The translations under genes were made by a program, and so were the position numbers. Positions 34,958 to 35,492 of a stretch of 35,492 nt of DNA are shown piece after piece. How positions within the stretch are numbered: the first letter of the stretch is position 1; the number at the start of each line of letters is the position of its first letter. The DNA comes from an uncultured Clostridia bacterium. Its GTDB lineage: Bacteria > Bacillota > Clostridia > TANB77 > CAG-508. Where the stretch lies: the NCBI GenBank assembly GCA_944388015.1, contig CALXHD010000001.1, positions 1 through 35,492 of the forward strand, in the 5' to 3' direction. The notes under the pieces were generated by a model, which made no database searches, was not told the origin of the DNA, and worked only from the letters and a program-made list of their open reading frames with translations.

Positions 34958-35492
34958 TTGAATAGAAAAGAAAAAAGAGAGAAAAAAAGAGAATTAAATA
35001 TATTAAATGATTTGGTAACAATAATAAAACAATATTTTCCAGAATTAATAGATAAATTTGATGGACTAACAGACTTAAGAAATCAATCTTATGTAAAATA
35101 TAAGATGAAAGTAATATTCATTGTAAGACTATTAGGATTAATGTGTGAAATGAAAAGTATGCAAGGAATGACAAGAGAATTAAATACAAAGGAAAGCATA
35201 GAAAATATAGCACAAATATGTAATTTAGAATTAGAAGAAATCCCACATTGTGATACAATAAATGACGTGTTTGAAAAAGTAGAAGTAGAAGAAATAGAAG
35301 AAATAAGAAGATATATGATAAATAAATTGATAAGAGGAAAAATAATACAAAAATATAAAATAAGAGATAGATATTATCATGTAATAGTAGATGGAACAGG
35401 ATTAGCAGCAAGTAAGAAGAAATACAATAAAAACTGTTTAGTAAAAAATAAAACAGATAAAAAAGGAAATGAATATCAAGAATATAGCACAT
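34958..35492 (+). CDS. DDE transposase, N-terminal 178 codons (IS4/ISAs1-like; IS element runs off the right edge)
   Basis: Not in the track because there is no stop in the window. The start is a TTG with GGAG 9 nt upstream. The sequence is LNRKEKREKKRELNILNDLVTIIKQYFPELIDKFDGLTDLRNQSYVKYKMKVIFIVRLLGLMCEMKSMQGMTRELN...IPHCDTINDVF...YYHVIVDGTGL. The 'DxR..Y...L.G..S...' and 'IPHxDTI' pattern, followed by the first DDE Asp, fits the DDE_Tnp_1-associated N-terminal region. Confidence 0.65.
   Translation, partial: MNRKEKREKKRELNILNDLVTIIKQYFPELIDKFDGLTDLRNQSYVKYKMKVIFIVRLLGLMCEMKSMQGMTRELNTKESIENIAQICNLELEEIPHCDTINDVFEKVEVEEIEEIRRYMINKLIRGKIIQKYKIRDRYYHVIVDGTGLAASKKKYNKNCLVKNKTDKKGNEYQEYST

Noticed and set aside
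35118-35492. 124-aa minus-strand ORF at the right edge
   Set aside because: It is an L/F/Y-rich antisense artefact of the plus-strand transposase ORF, which has an SD and recognisable transposase motifs.
1-35492. CRISPR arrays, tRNA/rRNA genes and tandem repeats
   Set aside because: I found no regularly spaced direct repeats, no cloverleaf-like GC-rich islands and no rRNA-like segments in any intergenic region. The only repeats are the palindrome/Box1 family and the low-complexity N/T/E linkers inside the NlpC/P60 gene.

Overview
This is a very AT-rich chromosomal segment of Firmicutes/Clostridia type, read with genetic code 11. Sporulation-lineage markers are present (yaaL-bofA and a BofC-like gene), and rubredoxins point to an anaerobe. 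Most of the window is minus-strand housekeeping. In window order the genes are tag, ogt, an RluA-family gene, a SAM methyltransferase, uvrC (+), glmS, bofA, yaaL, truA, cdaA, pdp, rnhB, pgsA, a ClpC-like unfoldase, htrA, comEC, an SH3b/NlpC-P60 hydrolase, ppaC, hslO, rubredoxin, a WecA/TagO-family transferase, rpiB and rpsT (+). I saw no rRNA, tRNA or CRISPR array.

Accessory or unusual content:
- **Left edge (1-2872).** This looks like the end of a mobile element. It carries a phage/plasmid-type HTH gene and a promoter-driven, translationally coupled pair: a 59-64 aa single-TM protein and a ~780 aa protein with no motif I recognise. The two share a duplicated peptide/DNA motif. The element abuts a murA gene truncated to 118 codons. 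This pair is my best candidate for an undescribed (defence or exclusion-like) module.
- **Orphan coupling-protein-like ATPase (11164-13494).** This membrane TraG/VirD4-like ATPase is bracketed by copies of a composite repeat.
- **Dispersed palindrome family.** It has the form TTATCTATTAGRAAAGTC-N3-5-GACTTTYCTAATAGATAA. One copy sits in frame inside comEC.
- **Rubredoxin fusion.** A rubredoxin domain is fused to the C-terminus of the WecA/TagO-type transferase, directly upstream of a free-standing rubredoxin paralogue that the ORF track misses.
- **Gene decay.** Two frameshifted genes (RluA-family, comEC) plus the truncated murA.
- **Right edge.** A partial DDE transposase (IS).

Several track ORFs are over-extended at the 5' end. 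I re-placed those starts using Shine-Dalgarno spacing.
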